A DNA stretch of 64,000 nucleotides from Alphaproteobacteria bacterium (GTDB lineage Bacteria > Pseudomonadota > Alphaproteobacteria > MPNO01): positions 2,627,942 to 2,691,941 of the forward strand of contig CBDDOM010000002.1 of the NCBI GenBank assembly GCA_965231875.1. Reading direction: 5' to 3'. Numbering within the stretch: the stretch's first letter is position 1; each line of letters opens with the position of its first letter. Positions 40,851 to 51,793 of this stretch are shown one piece after another. Under the pieces are notes generated by a model. It had not been told where the DNA came from. It searched no databases and worked only from the letters and a program-made list of their open reading frames with translations. The position numbers and the translations under genes are program-made.

Positions 40851-42705
40851 GTTCGAGCGCCTCGGCGGCAGCGAACCAGTCGCCTTCGGCGGCCGATTCC
40901 GCCCGTTTCGCCTCCGCCAGTTCCCTGCTCAACGCAGCGATCCGGGTGGCGTTATCTTCTCTCGCGGCCAGGGCAAGCGCCGCGTGCAGACTCCGTTGGG
41001 CTTCCTGGGCGCGCGCGATCCGGTTCTCCGCCGCGGCCACGGCGTCCCTGAAAGGCTTCTCCCTGTCGCGACCGGCCGCCGCCGCCCGTCGGGCGGCCCT
41101 GCGGCCGGAGTACGACCGGGCGCGACCATCCGTCTGCCGCGAGCCGGGGCGATCGAGTATTTCGGCCCGGTAATCGGCAAGATCGCCGTCATAGGGCCGC
41201 ACCGTCCCGCCCTGCACGAGCCACAACCGATCGGCCACGAGCTGGACCAGATGCATGTCGTGCGTGATCAGGACGACCGCGCCGCCATAGCCCTGGAGCG
41301 CCTCGACGAGCGCGCGACGGCTCTCGATATCGAGATGGTTGGTCGGCTCGTCGAGCACCAGCAATTGCGGGGCCCGGCCGGTGACCAGCGCGAGGTTGAG
41401 CCGCGCCTTCTCCCCGCCGGAAAGCGCGGCGACCGGCACATCCGCCTTCTCTCCGCTGAAGCCGAAGGCGCCGAGCCGGGCCCGTACGCGTTCGGGCAAG
41501 GCGTCGGGCATCAGGGGCGCAAGATGGCCGAAGGCCGTGCCGTCCGGTCGCAGCGTATCGATCTGATGCTGCGCGAAATAGCCGACCGCGAGGTTGCGCG
41601 CCCGCGTCACCCTGCCCCGCTCGGACGGCAGCAGATCCGCCAGGAGCCTCGCGAAAGTGGTCTTGCCGTTGCCGTTGGCGCCGAGAAGCGCGACCCGTTC
41701 ATCCGGGTCGATCCGCAGGTTCAGGTTCCGCAGCACGGGACGTCCGGGCTCGTAACCGACGGCGACGTTGTCGAAGGTTATGAGCGGCGGGGCGAGTCCG
41801 GCGGGCTCGGGAAACGTCAACCCGGTCGTGTGCTCGTCCGCCGCGACGGGCAGATCGGCGAGCTTCGCGAGGGCCTTCACGCGGCTCTGCGCCTGACGCG
41901 CCTTGCTCGCGTTGTAGCGGAACCGGTCGACGAAACCCCGGAGCTGGCGCCTTCTTTCGTCGATACGGGCCTGCTGTGCCCTTGTGGCCGCGAGACGCTC
42001 GGCATGAGCCTTCTCGAAGCGCGTGTAGTTGCCGGGATAGAGGGTCAGGCCGCGACCCGCCATATGGAGGATGCCGTCCGGCACGGCATCGAGCAGGTCC
42101 CGGTCATGGCTCACCACCACGAGCGCCCGGGGATAGCGCTTCAAATGGGACTCCAGCCACACCGCGGCCTCGAGATCGAGATGGTTCGTCGGCTCGTCGA
42201 GCAGAAGCAGGTCGGGCTCGGCGAAGAGCGCGGCGGCGAGCGCGACCCGCATGCGCCAGCCGCCGGAGAGATTCGCAAGCGGCATCCGCTGCATCGCCTC
42301 GTCGATGCCGAGACCGGCGAGCAGCCGCGCGGCGCGCGCCGGAGCCGCGTGCGCGCCGATTTCCGCGAGCCGGGCCTCGATCTCCGCGCGCCGCGCGCCC
42401 TCGGCGTTCTCCGCCTCGGCGACCAGGCCGGCGCGTTGTTCGTCCGCGGCAAGCACCGCGGCGCGCGGCGTTTCCGGGCCTCCCGGCACCTCCTGATCGG
42501 CCAGCCTGACCGAAAGGCCGCGGGCGCGGACGATCCTGCCTTCGTCGGACTCGGTCCGGCCCGCGATGAGGCGGAGCAGGGTCGTCTTGCCGCATCCGTT
42601 GCGTCCGACCAGCCCAAGCTTGCGGCGTGCGCCGATCTGCGCGTTCACGCCCCCGAAGAGGGGGCGCCCGTCGATGCGATAGGCGATGTTCTCAAGGGTC
42701 AGCAT
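40834..42705 (-). CDS. ABC-F family ATPase (Uup/EttA-like, two ABC domains)
   Basis: Two Walker A motifs (GRNGCGKTT, GANGNGKTT) and two LSGG signatures. The C-terminus is Arg/Ala-rich and coiled-coil. 623 aa. Confidence 0.8.
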
Positions 42706-42930
42706 GGCCGGACCGATAACGGACGACGAACGGCATGGAGAAGTCCGGATTTGTCATAGTGGCTGCGAAGCGGGCGAACAAGATGTCGGCCGTAGGGAGG
42801 ATTCGACATAGACCGGCACGCCGGCCCGTCTATGTCCTATGGTTCCGGCGGATCCAATTCCTGCGCCGGATGTCCCCGCGGTCTTGCGCCGCTTCCCGGG
42901 TCTTCGGTCCGCGGGCGGAACACGGTCGGA

Positions 42931-44775
42931 ATGGCACGGCGCCAAACCAGGAAGCGGAGCGGAAAGAGCGTCGCGAACCGTAAAGCCGGCAAGGCCGCGA
43001 AGCCCGGCGGTCGCGGGCGTGCTCGACGCGGGTGGGTGGCGAGGCTCGCCCGCTGGACCCTGGTAGCCGGTATCTGGGTCGGCGTCGCGGTCGCGGGCGC
43101 GGTCGCCTGGTACGCCTGGGACCTGCCCGACCTGTCGAGGCTGGAGACGCCGACCCGCCGCCCGGCGGTGCTGCTCAGGACCGACGACGGCGCGATGCTC
43201 GCGCGCTACGGCCAGCTCTATGGCGGCGCGGTCGGCTTCGACGACCTTCCGGGCTATCTCGTCCAGGCCGTAAGCTCGATCGAGGACCGGCGCTTCTTCG
43301 AGCATCCGGGGATCGATGTCTGGGGCATCCTGCGCGCGGCGGTCGCCAATATCCGGGCCGGGAAGATCCGCCAGGGCGGCAGCACGCTGACCCAGCAGCT
43401 CGCCAAGAACCTGTTCCTCACGCCGGAGAGGACGGTCAGGCGAAAGATCCAGGAGGCCATCGTCGCCCTCTGGCTCGAAGCCCGGTTCTCCAAGCGTCAG
43501 ATCTTCGAGATCTACATCAACCGGGTCTATTTCGGTTCCGGCGCCTACGGCGTCGCCGCAGCCGCGCGGCGCTATTTCGGCGGATCGGTGCGGGATCTTT
43601 CGCTTTTCGAGGCGGCGGTGCTGGCGGGGCTTCTGAAGGCGCCGTCGCGCTATTCGCCGGTGCGGGACGCGGGAGCGGCGAAAGAGCGCGGGCTCCGCGT
43701 GCTGCGGGCGATGGTGGATGCCGGGAAACTGACCGAAGCCGAAGCAAGGGCGGCGCAGCGGACGCCGCTCCGCCTCCGCGCGGAGACCGGAACCGGCGCG
43801 CGCTATTTTGCCGACTGGGCGTTGGAGCGGGCGGTCGGATATATCGGACGGACTTCGCAGGATGTCGAGATCCGCACCACGATGGACGCGCGGCTGCAGC
43901 GCATCGCGGAGCGGCACGTCCACGCCCTGCTGGCAAAGGAGGAGAAGACCCGGCGCGTTTCGCAGGCCGCGCTGGTGGCGATGTCGCCCGACGGCGCGGT
44001 CCGGGCGATGGTGGGCGGGCGCGTCTATTCGGCGAGCCAGTTCAATCGCGCCACCCAGGCGCGCCGCCAGCCGGGTTCGGCGTTCAAACTGTTCGTCTAT
44101 CTCGCGGGACTCGAAGCCGGGCTCACGCCGGACAGCATTTTCGTCGACAAGCCGGTCAGCGTCGCGGGCTGGCGGCCGCGCAACTACGACGGCCGGTTCC
44201 ACGGCGCGATGCCGCTCATCCGCGCCTTCGCCAGGTCGATCAACACCGTCGCGGTGCAGGTGAGCGAGCGCGTCGGGCGCCGCCGGGTGATCGATGCCGC
44301 GCGCCGCCTCGGCATCACCACGCCGATCGCCCCCCATCCCTCGCTCGCGCTCGGCGCCAGCGAGGTCACGCTGATTGAGCTCACCGCGGCCTATGCCGCC
44401 GTCGCCAATGGCGGGGTCGCGGTGTGGCCCTACGGCATCGCGTCGGTGGAAGCGGCGGGCGGAAAACGGCTCTACCGGCGGACCGGCGGACCGCAGACCC
44501 GGGTGATCGGGGAGGACAAGGCGCGCGCGCTCAGACGCATGCTGAGGGAGGTCGTCCGCGGCGGCACCGGCCGCGCGGCGCGGCTGGGCGGGTCCGAAGC
44601 CGGCAAGACGGGCACCAGCCAGAGCTTCCGGGACGCCTGGTTCGTCGGGTTCGCGGGAAACCTGGTCGCGGGGGTCTGGGTCGGCAACGACGACGACAAG
44701 CCCATGGCGAAGGTGACGGGCGGCGGTCTCCCGGCGCGCATCTGGCGCGCGTTCATGCGGGACGCCGCTTCCTGA
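42931..44775 (+). CDS. PBP1A-family bifunctional peptidoglycan glycosyltransferase/transpeptidase
   Basis: GT51 motifs (EDRRFFEHPGID, RQGGSTLTQQLAKN), a TM anchor, and a transpeptidase domain with the SxxK-type region (QPGSAFK). Start assumed at MARRQTRK. Confidence 0.75.
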   Translation: MARRQTRKRSGKSVANRKAGKAAKPGGRGRARRGWVARLARWTLVAGIWVGVAVAGAVAWYAWDLPDLSRLETPTRRPAVLLRTDDGAMLARYGQLYGGAVGFDDLPGYLVQAVSSIEDRRFFEHPGIDVWGILRAAVANIRAGKIRQGGSTLTQQLAKNLFLTPERTVRRKIQEAIVALWLEARFSKRQIFEIYINRVYFGSGAYGVAAAARRYFGGSVRDLSLFEAAVLAGLLKAPSRYSPVRDAGAAKERGLRVLRAMVDAGKLTEAEARAAQRTPLRLRAETGTGARYFADWALERAVGYIGRTSQDVEIRTTMDARLQRIAERHVHALLAKEEKTRRVSQAALVAMSPDGAVRAMVGGRVYSASQFNRATQARRQPGSAFKLFVYLAGLEAGLTPDSIFVDKPVSVAGWRPRNYDGRFHGAMPLIRAFARSINTVAVQVSERVGRRRVIDAARRLGITTPIAPHPSLALGASEVTLIELTAAYAAVANGGVAVWPYGIASVEAAGGKRLYRRTGGPQTRVIGEDKARALRRMLREVVRGGTGRAARLGGSEAGKTGTSQSFRDAWFVGFAGNLVAGVWVGNDDDKPMAKVTGGGLPARIWRAFMRDAAS

Positions 44776-44886
44776 GCACCGGGTTTATCGGGATCGGGCC
44801 GGCGGAGCTTCCCATAGCCGCGCGGAATCCCCATCTTATCGGCAAGATAACAGGGCCGGGCGGAAGCGCCGCCCGGGAAGAGCTTC

Positions 44887-47800
44887 ATGGAACTGGCGCA
44901 AGTCACGCTCGACGACAAGTACACCCTTGAGTCCGGCCGGGTTTACCTGACCGGCACCCAGGCGCTGGTCCGCCTTCCGCTGATGCAGAGGAAGCGCGAC
45001 GCGGCGGCAGGGCTCAACACGGCCGGCTTCATCTCGGGCTATCGGGGCTCGCCGCTCGCCGGCTACGACACCGCGCTCTGGCGTGCCAAGGGGTTCCTCG
45101 AGGAACACCGCATCCATTTCGAGCCGGGGCTCAACGAGGACCTCGCGGCGACCTCCGTCTGGGGCTCGCAGCAGGTCAACCTGTTCCAGGGCGGGCGCTA
45201 TGACGGCGTGTTCGCGATCTGGTACGGCAAGGGGCCGGGGCTCGACCGGTCGATGGACGCGATGCGCCACGCGAGCGCCGCCGGCACGTCGCTCCATGGC
45301 GGAGTCCTCGCGCTGGTGGGCGACGACCACGGCGCCGTTTCCTCGACCCTGCCGACCCAGTCGGAGCACAACTTCTCGGCCCTGATGATGCCGGTTCTCC
45401 ATCCGGCCTCGGTGCAGGAATATCTCGATTTCGGCCTGCTCGGCTGGGCGATGTCGCGCTATTGCGGCACCTGGATCGGCTTCAAGTGCCTGACCGAGAC
45501 GGTCGAGAGCTCGGCCAGCGTGACCGTCGACCCCGACCGCCTCGACATCATCGTCCCCGAAGACGAGGAGCCGACCGATGCCGCGATCCGGCTGGGCGAG
45601 GACCGCCTCCAGATCGAGGCGCGGCTGCAGGAAGACAAGGTCTATGCGGCGCTCCGCTTCGCGCGGGAGAACCGGATCGACCGCACGGTCTGGGACAGCC
45701 CAGGCGCGCGCCTCGGCATCCTGACGGCGGGCAAGTCCTATCTCGACGTGCGCCAGGCCCTCGACGATCTGGGGATCGACGAGGCGGGCGCGGCGGAGCT
45801 CGGCATCAGGATCTACAAGGCGGGGATGGTCTGGCCGCTGGAGCGCAGAGGCGCGCGTGCCTTCGCCGACGGGCTGGAGGAGATTCTCGTCGTCGAGGAA
45901 AAGCGCGCGGTGATGGAGAACCAGCTCCGCGCCGAGCTGTACAACTGGAAGGAAAGCGCGAGGCCCAGGATCGTCGGCAAGTTCGACGAGGAGCGGAACT
46001 GGCTGCTGCCGGCGGCCGGCGAACTCACCCCCGCCACGATCGCCCGGGCGATCGCCGGACGCATCGGGCGCTACCGTTCGAGCCCCAGGATCGCCGACCG
46101 GCTGGACGAGATCGAGGCCAAGGAACGCGCGCTTTCGGGCTATACGCCCGAGCTCCAGCGCACCCCTTATTTTTGTTCCGGCTGCCCGCACAATACCTCG
46201 ACGAAAGTCCCGGAGGGCAGCCGCGCCGAGGCGGGTATCGGCTGCCACTGGATGGCGCTGCTGATGAACCGCTCGGCCGCGACCTACTCCCATATGGGTG
46301 GCGAGGGCGCAAACTGGATCGGCCAGGCGCCGTTCACCGACCAGAACCACGTCTTCGTCAATCTGGGCGACGGCACCTATCACCATTCCGGCATCCTGGC
46401 GATCCGCGCCGCCGTGCTCGCCGGCGTCAATGTCACCTACAAGGTGCTCTACAACGACGCCGTGGCGATGACCGGGGGCCAGCCCCAGCCCGTCACCCCG
46501 CAACAGATCGCGGCCCAGGTTCTCGCCGAGGGCGTCTCCAGGGTCGTCGTGGTCGCCGACCACCCCGGCAAGTACACCGGCCGGGCCCGCTTCCCCGGCA
46601 GGCTCAAGATCCATCGCCGCGACGAGCTCGACGGCCTCCAGCGTTCGCTGCGCGAGACCGAGGGCGTCAGCGTGCTGATCTACGACCAGACCTGCGCGGC
46701 GGAGCTCCGCCGGCGCCGCAAGCGCGGCACCGCGCCCGACCCGGACGTGCGGGTCTTCATCAACGAGGCGGTGTGCGAGGGGTGCGGCGACTGCTCGGTC
46801 AAGTCGAACTGCGTCTCGATCGAGGCGCTGGAGACCAGATACGGCCGCAAGCGGCGGATCAACCAGTCCTCGTGCAACAAGGACCTGTCCTGCGTCAACG
46901 GCTTCTGCCCGAGCTTCGTGACGCTCACCGGCGCCCGGATCCGCCGCGCGCGCGCCGGCGGCGACGCCCTGCCCGGACTGCTCGCGGACCTGCCCGAGCC
47001 GGACCGGCCCGACCTCGACGAGCCCTGGGACATCCTGGTCACCGGGATCGGCGGCACCGGCGTGGTGACCATCGGCGCGATTCTCGGCATGGCGGCCCAT
47101 CTGGAGAACAAGGGCGTGACGGTGCTCGACCAGTCGGGACTCGCCCAGAAGAACGGCGCGGTGGTCAGCCATATACGCATCGCCGACGCGCCGGAAGACC
47201 TGCACGCGGTCCGCATCGCGGCGGGCAAGGCGCGGCTGCTGCTGGGCTGCGACGCGGTGACGGCGGGCGGCGCGGACGCGCTGGGGAAGCTGGGCCGGGG
47301 GCGGACGCGGGCGGTGGTCAACCGGGACGTGGCGCCGACCGCGGCCTTCACTCTCGACGGCGACATGGTTTTCGACCACCCCGCGCTGTTCGACGCGATC
47401 CGCGAGGCGGCGGGCCACAACCTGACCGAACTCGTCGGAGCCACCCGGACGGCGACGGCGCTCATGGGCGATGCCATCGCGACCAACATGTTCATGGTGG
47501 GCTACGCGGCCCAGCGCGGGCTGATCCCGGTATCGCTCGCGGCGCTCGAACGCGCGATCGAGCTCAACGGCGTCGCAATTGAGGCCAACAAGGAGGCGCT
47601 CGGCTGGGGCCGCGTCCAGGCCGCCCGGCCGGAGGAGGTCCAGGCCGTCCTCGACCGCGCGGGCGCGGCGCCGGAGCCCGAGCCCGTCGCCGAGACCTTC
47701 GAAGAGATCGTCGAAGACCGGACCGCACTGCTCACCGCGTACCAGGATGCCGCCTACGCCGAGCGCTACCGCGCCCTCGTCGCGCGGGCGGAGGCGGCCG

Positions 47801-48381
47801 ACCGGGCACCGGGCGATCCGTCGCCCGGTTTCGCCGGCGCGGTCGCGCGCCATGCCGCGAAGCTGATGGCCTACAAGGACGAGTACGAGGTCGCGAGGCT
47901 CTACACCGATCCCGCGTTCATGGAAGGTTTGAAGGCGCAGTTCGAGGGCGACTTCAGGCTTTCCTTCCACCTCGCCCTTCCTCTCCTGCGCCGCCCCGAC
48001 CCGACCACGGGCGAGCCCGGAAAGCGCGGCTTCGGACCGTGGACGATGGCGGCCTTCCGCGTGCTCGCGCGTATGAAACGCCTGCGCGGCGGGCCGTTCG
48101 ATGTCTTCGCGCGGAGCCCGGACCGGCGTCTCGAACGGGGCCTGATCGACTGGTATTTCGCCCTCGTGGAAGAGCTCGCAGACGGGTTGACCGAAGCGAA
48201 CTACGAGACGGCGGTCGCGCTCGCGGGCCTGCCGGAGAAGATCCGGGGCTACGGGCCGGTCAAGGCGCGGAGCGTGGACGAGGCCCGCCGCGAGGAGGAC
48301 AGGCTGCGCCGGTCGTGGCCGGTCCCGCCGGCGCGCGAGCAAGCCCGGGAACCGGCGGAAGAGCTCATTCCGGCCAGGTGA
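44887..48381 (+). CDS. Indolepyruvate ferredoxin oxidoreductase family protein (fused IorA/IorB, about 1160 aa)
   Basis: The N-terminus ([19 protein letters not shown]), TPP-binding region, 4Fe-4S CxxCxxC motifs (CEGCGDC) and the C-terminal IorB-like domain match the single-polypeptide Ior family. Confidence 0.8.
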   Translation: MELAQVTLDDKYTLESGRVYLTGTQALVRLPLMQRKRDAAAGLNTAGFISGYRGSPLAGYDTALWRAKGFLEEHRIHFEPGLNEDLAATSVWGSQQVNLFQGGRYDGVFAIWYGKGPGLDRSMDAMRHASAAGTSLHGGVLALVGDDHGAVSSTLPTQSEHNFSALMMPVLHPASVQEYLDFGLLGWAMSRYCGTWIGFKCLTETVESSASVTVDPDRLDIIVPEDEEPTDAAIRLGEDRLQIEARLQEDKVYAALRFARENRIDRTVWDSPGARLGILTAGKSYLDVRQALDDLGIDEAGAAELGIRIYKAGMVWPLERRGARAFADGLEEILVVEEKRAVMENQLRAELYNWKESARPRIVGKFDEERNWLLPAAGELTPATIARAIAGRIGRYRSSPRIADRLDEIEAKERALSGYTPELQRTPYFCSGCPHNTSTKVPEGSRAEAGIGCHWMALLMNRSAATYSHMGGEGANWIGQAPFTDQNHVFVNLGDGTYHHSGILAIRAAVLAGVNVTYKVLYNDAVAMTGGQPQPVTPQQIAAQVLAEGVSRVVVVADHPGKYTGRARFPGRLKIHRRDELDGLQRSLRETEGVSVLIYDQTCAAELRRRRKRGTAPDPDVRVFINEAVCEGCGDCSVKSNCVSIEALETRYGRKRRINQSSCNKDLSCVNGFCPSFVTLTGARIRRARAGGDALPGLLADLPEPDRPDLDEPWDILVTGIGGTGVVTIGAILGMAAHLENKGVTVLDQSGLAQKNGAVVSHIRIADAPEDLHAVRIAAGKARLLLGCDAVTAGGADALGKLGRGRTRAVVNRDVAPTAAFTLDGDMVFDHPALFDAIREAAGHNLTELVGATRTATALMGDAIATNMFMVGYAAQRGLIPVSLAALERAIELNGVAIEANKEALGWGRVQAARPEEVQAVLDRAGAAPEPEPVAETFEEIVEDRTALLTAYQDAAYAERYRALVARAEAADRAPGDPSPGFAGAVARHAAKLMAYKDEYEVARLYTDPAFMEGLKAQFEGDFRLSFHLALPLLRRPDPTTGEPGKRGFGPWTMAAFRVLARMKRLRGGPFDVFARSPDRRLERGLIDWYFALVEELADGLTEANYETAVALAGLPEKIRGYGPVKARSVDEARREEDRLRRSWPVPPAREQAREPAEELIPAR

Positions 48382-48802
48382 CGATGCGGTCCTCGGGGTC
48401 GTCGCCTCGGCGTTCCGGCACGACGCGGCCGCGCACCGAGATGCCGGCCTTGTGCACGGTCTCCGGATCGCCGGAGACCAGCGGGTGCCACCAGGCGAGG
48501 TCCCGGCCTTCGGCGACCAGACGGTAGGCGCAGGTCGACGGCAGCCAGTCGAGCCCGCGCACCTGCTCCGGCGTCAGGTCGACGCATTCCGGCACCAGCC
48601 GCAGCCGCTGGCGGTAGCGCGTGCAGCGGCAGGTGCCGAGGTCGAGCAGGCGGCAGGCGATGTCGGTATAGGCGATCTCGCCGGTATCGGCGTCCTCGAG
48701 CTTCAGGAGGCAGCACCGCGCGCAGCCGTCGCAGAGCGCCTCCCATTCCTCGCGCGTCATCTCCTCGAGCGTCTTGGTCCGCCAGTACGGCGCGTCCGCC
48801 AT
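48365..48802 (-). CDS. YcgN-like (UPF0260) Cys-cluster protein
   Basis: 145 aa. [11 protein letters not shown]...[11 protein letters not shown] Cys pattern. Trimmed from a 271-aa ORF to Met127. Confidence 0.6.
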   Translation of the reverse strand: MADAPYWRTKTLEEMTREEWEALCDGCARCCLLKLEDADTGEIAYTDIACRLLDLGTCRCTRYRQRLRLVPECVDLTPEQVRGLDWLPSTCAYRLVAEGRDLAWWHPLVSGDPETVHKAGISVRGRVVPERRGDDPEDRIVTWPE

Positions 48803-48810
48803 CGCGCGGC

Positions 48811-49401
48811 TCAGGACACCAGATCGCGCAGGCGCTTCGCCATCGTGTCCGGCGCGGTGCCGTGGCTGAAATGGGTGAGATAGCGCCCGTCCGGGTCCAT
48901 CAGGTAGATCACCGACGAATGGTCCATCAGGTAGTTCTCGCCCGCCTCGGGGTCGTCGACCTTGGCGTAGTAGACCCGGTAGGCACGCGCCGCGTTGCTG
49001 ACCTGGGCGGCGCTGCCGGAAAGCCCGATCAGCCGGGGGTGGAAGTTGGGGACGTAGTCCTTCAGCACCGCCGGCGTGTCGCGGTCGGGGTCGATGGTGA
49101 TGAAGACCGGCTGCACCCGGGCGGCGTCGGGGCCGAGCTCGTCGAGCGCGATCAGCATGTCGGCGAGCGCCGTCGGGCACACGTCGGGGCAGAAGCTGTA
49201 GCCGAAATAGATCAGCGCGTGCCGCCCCTTGAGGTCGGCCTCGGTGCGCTCCGCCCCGGTGTGATCGACCAGGACGAACGGCCCGCCGATCCTGGCGATC
49301 CCGCCGCCGTCGTCGCGCCAGACATAGACCGCCACGATCGCCGCCACCGCGACCGTCATGAACAGCGTGGCGAGGATGATCGTGACCTTGCGATCGGACA
49401 T
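48811..49401 (-). CDS. SCO1/SenC-family copper chaperone (thioredoxin fold)
   Basis: N-terminal TM segment and the [11 protein letters not shown] CxxxC motif. 196 aa. Confidence 0.75.
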   Translation of the reverse strand: MSDRKVTIILATLFMTVAVAAIVAVYVWRDDGGGIARIGGPFVLVDHTGAERTEADLKGRHALIYFGYSFCPDVCPTALADMLIALDELGPDAARVQPVFITIDPDRDTPAVLKDYVPNFHPRLIGLSGSAAQVSNAARAYRVYYAKVDDPEAGENYLMDHSSVIYLMDPDGRYLTHFSHGTAPDTMAKRLRDLVS

Positions 49402-49488
49402 GGGGGCGCTCGCGGTGGGTGGGGCTCTCAGAGACTGAATTTAGGGCGGACGGGGCGGATTGGCCACCAGAGGTAGCGCCGGTTCCTT

Positions 49489-49586
49489 CCCGTCATGGTG
49501 GGCGGAGGCCCACCATCCACGAGTTTTTCTGTGCGGACGGCACAACAAAATAAGACGTGGATGGTCCGCCTGCGCCGACCATGACG
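49489..49586. repeat. Family-A REP/BIME-like palindromic element, copy 2
   Basis: Same architecture and spacer as copy 1. The left hairpin reads ATGGTGGGCggagGCCCACCAT. That is a compensatory double change (C->G in one stem strand, G->C in the other) relative to ATGGTCGGC...GCCGACCAT. Confidence 0.8.
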
Positions 49587-49606
49587 TTTCGTGAGTCCGG
49601 CCCCGA

Positions 49607-50545
49607 TCAAAACGCCCGGTGGATCAGCTCCTCCCCGGCGAGGAAGCGTTTCAGGTTTTCCAGCCAGATCTCGCCCACGCGCACGGTGTAGAGCGGCGTC
49701 ATGCAGGCGGCGTGGGGGGAAATGAACAGGTTGGGGATGTCCCAGAGGTCGCTGTCGGCGGGCAGGGGCTCGGTGGGCAGCACGTCGACGAAGGCCTGGG
49801 CGATGCCGCCGGTGGCGAGCGCGCCCTGGAGCGCCTCGATATCGACCAGCGCGCCGCGCCCGACATTGACCAGCGTCGCGGTGGGCTTCATCCGGGCGAG
49901 CGCCTCGGCCCCGATCATGCCGGCGGTCTCGCCGGTGTTGGGGACGGCGAGGACCACGAAATCCGCCTCCGGCAGGAACGCGGCAAGGTCGTCGAGCGTC
50001 CCCTGCCGGTCGAGCCCGGGCACCGGATCGGGCGACCGGCGGATGCCGTGCACCGTCATCCCGAACGCGCCCGCATAGGCCGCGACGCGGCTGCCGATGG
50101 CGCCGAGCCCGACGACGAGGACGGTGGACGCGCTCAGCCCGGCCTGCTTGAGCTGGTGCCACTCATGCGCGCGTTGCAGGTCGCGGAACTCAGCCAGCCG
50201 CTTCGCCCCCCACATCACGCCGGCGAAGGCGAACTCCGCGACCTCGGGCGCGTTGGCGCCGGGGCTGTGGGTGACCGCCACCCCCTTGGCCCGCATGTCG
50301 TCATAGAACCGCCCGTCGATCCCCGCATCCTCGGTATGCGCCCATCTGGGCGGGGAGATGGAGATCGCGGTGTCGACGAAGGCGTCGGTGTAGGCGTCGC
50401 CGGCGTAGATCACGACATCGGAGCCCTCGGGCGAGACGGTCCAGTTGCTCCCGCGGTCTGTCAATGCCCATTCGATGCCGGGGCAGAACGCCTCGGCTTG
50501 CGCCGCCACCTCGTCGTGGAAATCGTGCGCCGCCGCGATTTTCAT
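49607..50545 (-). CDS. D-isomer-specific 2-hydroxyacid dehydrogenase family protein
   Basis: NAD-binding VGLGAIGSRVA motif. Catalytic-domain layout. Start at MKIAAAHDF. Confidence 0.75.
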   Translation of the reverse strand: MKIAAAHDFHDEVAAQAEAFCPGIEWALTDRGSNWTVSPEGSDVVIYAGDAYTDAFVDTAISISPPRWAHTEDAGIDGRFYDDMRAKGVAVTHSPGANAPEVAEFAFAGVMWGAKRLAEFRDLQRAHEWHQLKQAGLSASTVLVVGLGAIGSRVAAYAGAFGMTVHGIRRSPDPVPGLDRQGTLDDLAAFLPEADFVVLAVPNTGETAGMIGAEALARMKPTATLVNVGRGALVDIEALQGALATGGIAQAFVDVLPTEPLPADSDLWDIPNLFISPHAACMTPLYTVRVGEIWLENLKRFLAGEELIHRAF

Positions 50546-50684
50546 GGTGATGACTCCGTCTTCCCCGACCGCAAACCGCGCGGACCGTTTGTTGGGCCCG
50601 TATTGTACCGACGACGGACGCCGGTTGCGCGGCCGGGGCACGGCCCTATACTGTGACTACATTGGTTACAAACGGGGATCGCCG

Positions 50685-50927
50685 ATGCGACAGGTCCAGC
50701 TGCGCGAGGCCAAGGCGAGGCTGTCCGCCCTGGTCGACGGGGCGGCGGAGGGGGAGGCGACGATCGTCACGCGCCACGGCAAGCCGCGGGCCGTGATCGT
50801 CGGGATCGACGAATGGAACCGCCTCAGCAACGTCCCGTCCTTCGGCCGCCTGCTGCTCGCTTCGGAACTGGAGGACGGGGACCTGCCCCCGCGCGACACC
50901 GCCCCGCCGCGCGAGGCCGGGCTATAG
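50685..50927 (+). CDS. Type II antitoxin, Phd/YefM family
   Basis: 80 aa. MRQVQLREAKARLSALVDGAAEGEATIVTRHGKPRAVIVGIDEW is the canonical Phd/YefM N-domain. Confidence 0.7.
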   Translation: MRQVQLREAKARLSALVDGAAEGEATIVTRHGKPRAVIVGIDEWNRLSNVPSFGRLLLASELEDGDLPPRDTAPPREAGL

Positions 50928-50967
50928 AACGCATCCGTTTCAGGCGGAACCGCGTCCGCTGTTTCTG

Positions 50968-51079
50968 CCCGTCATGGTCGGCGTAGGCCGACCATCCACG
51001 TTTTCTCTTTTGTTGTTCTCCATCTGCATACCGGGCGAGAAAAAAACTCGTGGATGGTCGGCCTACGCCGACCATGACG
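50968..51079. repeat. Family-A REP/BIME-like palindromic element, copy 3 (inverted orientation, longer spacer)
   Basis: Hairpins read ATGGTCGGCgtagGCCGACCAT. The spacer is the reverse complement of the copy-1/2 spacer, with an 18-bp insertion. It sits between the Phd antitoxin gene and the VapC toxin gene. Confidence 0.8.
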
Positions 51080-51138
51080 GTGGGGGTGCGCCAGCCCGAC
51101 CGGTTCCGACCGAACCGGACACGCTCTAGGACCGCGTC

Positions 51139-51576
51139 GTGTACCTGGCCGACACCGATGTTCTGTCGACCGATGCGCCCGGCCGGCGGGAACGCTCCGC
51201 GGCCCTGGTCGACTGGATGGACGCGCGGTCGGACGCCTTGTTCCTGTCCACGATCACCGTCGCCGAAATCCGGCACGGCATCGCCAAGCTGGAACGGACC
51301 GGCGCCGCAGACAGGGCGGCGCGCCTCGGCGACTGGCTCGAACTCGTGCTCCATCTCTATGGCGACCGGGTAATCCCGTTCGACATAGAAGCCGCCAACG
51401 CCGCGGGGCCGCTGATGGACAAGGCGCGCGCGACGGGCCAGTCGCCCGGCTTCGCCGACCTCGCCATCGCCGCGACGGCAGACAGCCGGAACCTGACGGT
51501 GCTAACGCGCAACCTGCGTCACTTTGAGCCGCTGGATATCCAAGCGGTAAATCCGTTCGAAGCGTCGCCGGACTAA
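51139..51576 (+). CDS. Type II toxin, VapC (PIN-domain ribonuclease)
   Basis: YLADTDVLS...STITVAEIRHGIA...DLAIAATADSRNLTVLTRNLRHF is a PIN/VapC signature with intact acidic residues. Apparent GTG start with no obvious RBS. A stop codon lies 3 codons upstream in frame. Confidence 0.7.
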   Translation: MYLADTDVLSTDAPGRRERSAALVDWMDARSDALFLSTITVAEIRHGIAKLERTGAADRAARLGDWLELVLHLYGDRVIPFDIEAANAAGPLMDKARATGQSPGFADLAIAATADSRNLTVLTRNLRHFEPLDIQAVNPFEASPD

Positions 51577-51686
51577 GCGTGGTCCCGAGAAAGGGCCTCC
51601 TCCTCACATCCTCTCCGCGTTTAATGACCCCGTTGCTGAACCAAGGCCGCCAAAGCCGTATCTGGGCATTACATTCCACTTTATCC

Positions 51687-51716
51687 TTGACATTAGTCGT
51701 TCTCTGCAGCATAAGT
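51687..51716 (+). promoter_or_regulatory. Putative sigma70-like promoter of the AT-rich island gene
   Basis: TTGACA, 18 bp, ATAAGT, about 78 nt upstream of the ATG. A strong AAAGGAGAG RBS sits before the start. Confidence 0.4.
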
Positions 51717-51793
51717 TGTCGTCTGCCTCGTGGATTCGAGGACAGATGGTCGGCAATCAAGCTGCTGGATGGCGGCATTGAAAGGAGAGATAG

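Noticed and set aside
44836-48342. 1168-aa minus-strand ORF and the 706-aa plus-strand alternate frame 45462..47582
   Set aside because: They are shadow or alternate frames of the 1164-aa indolepyruvate ferredoxin oxidoreductase gene, which carries TPP and 4Fe-4S motifs.
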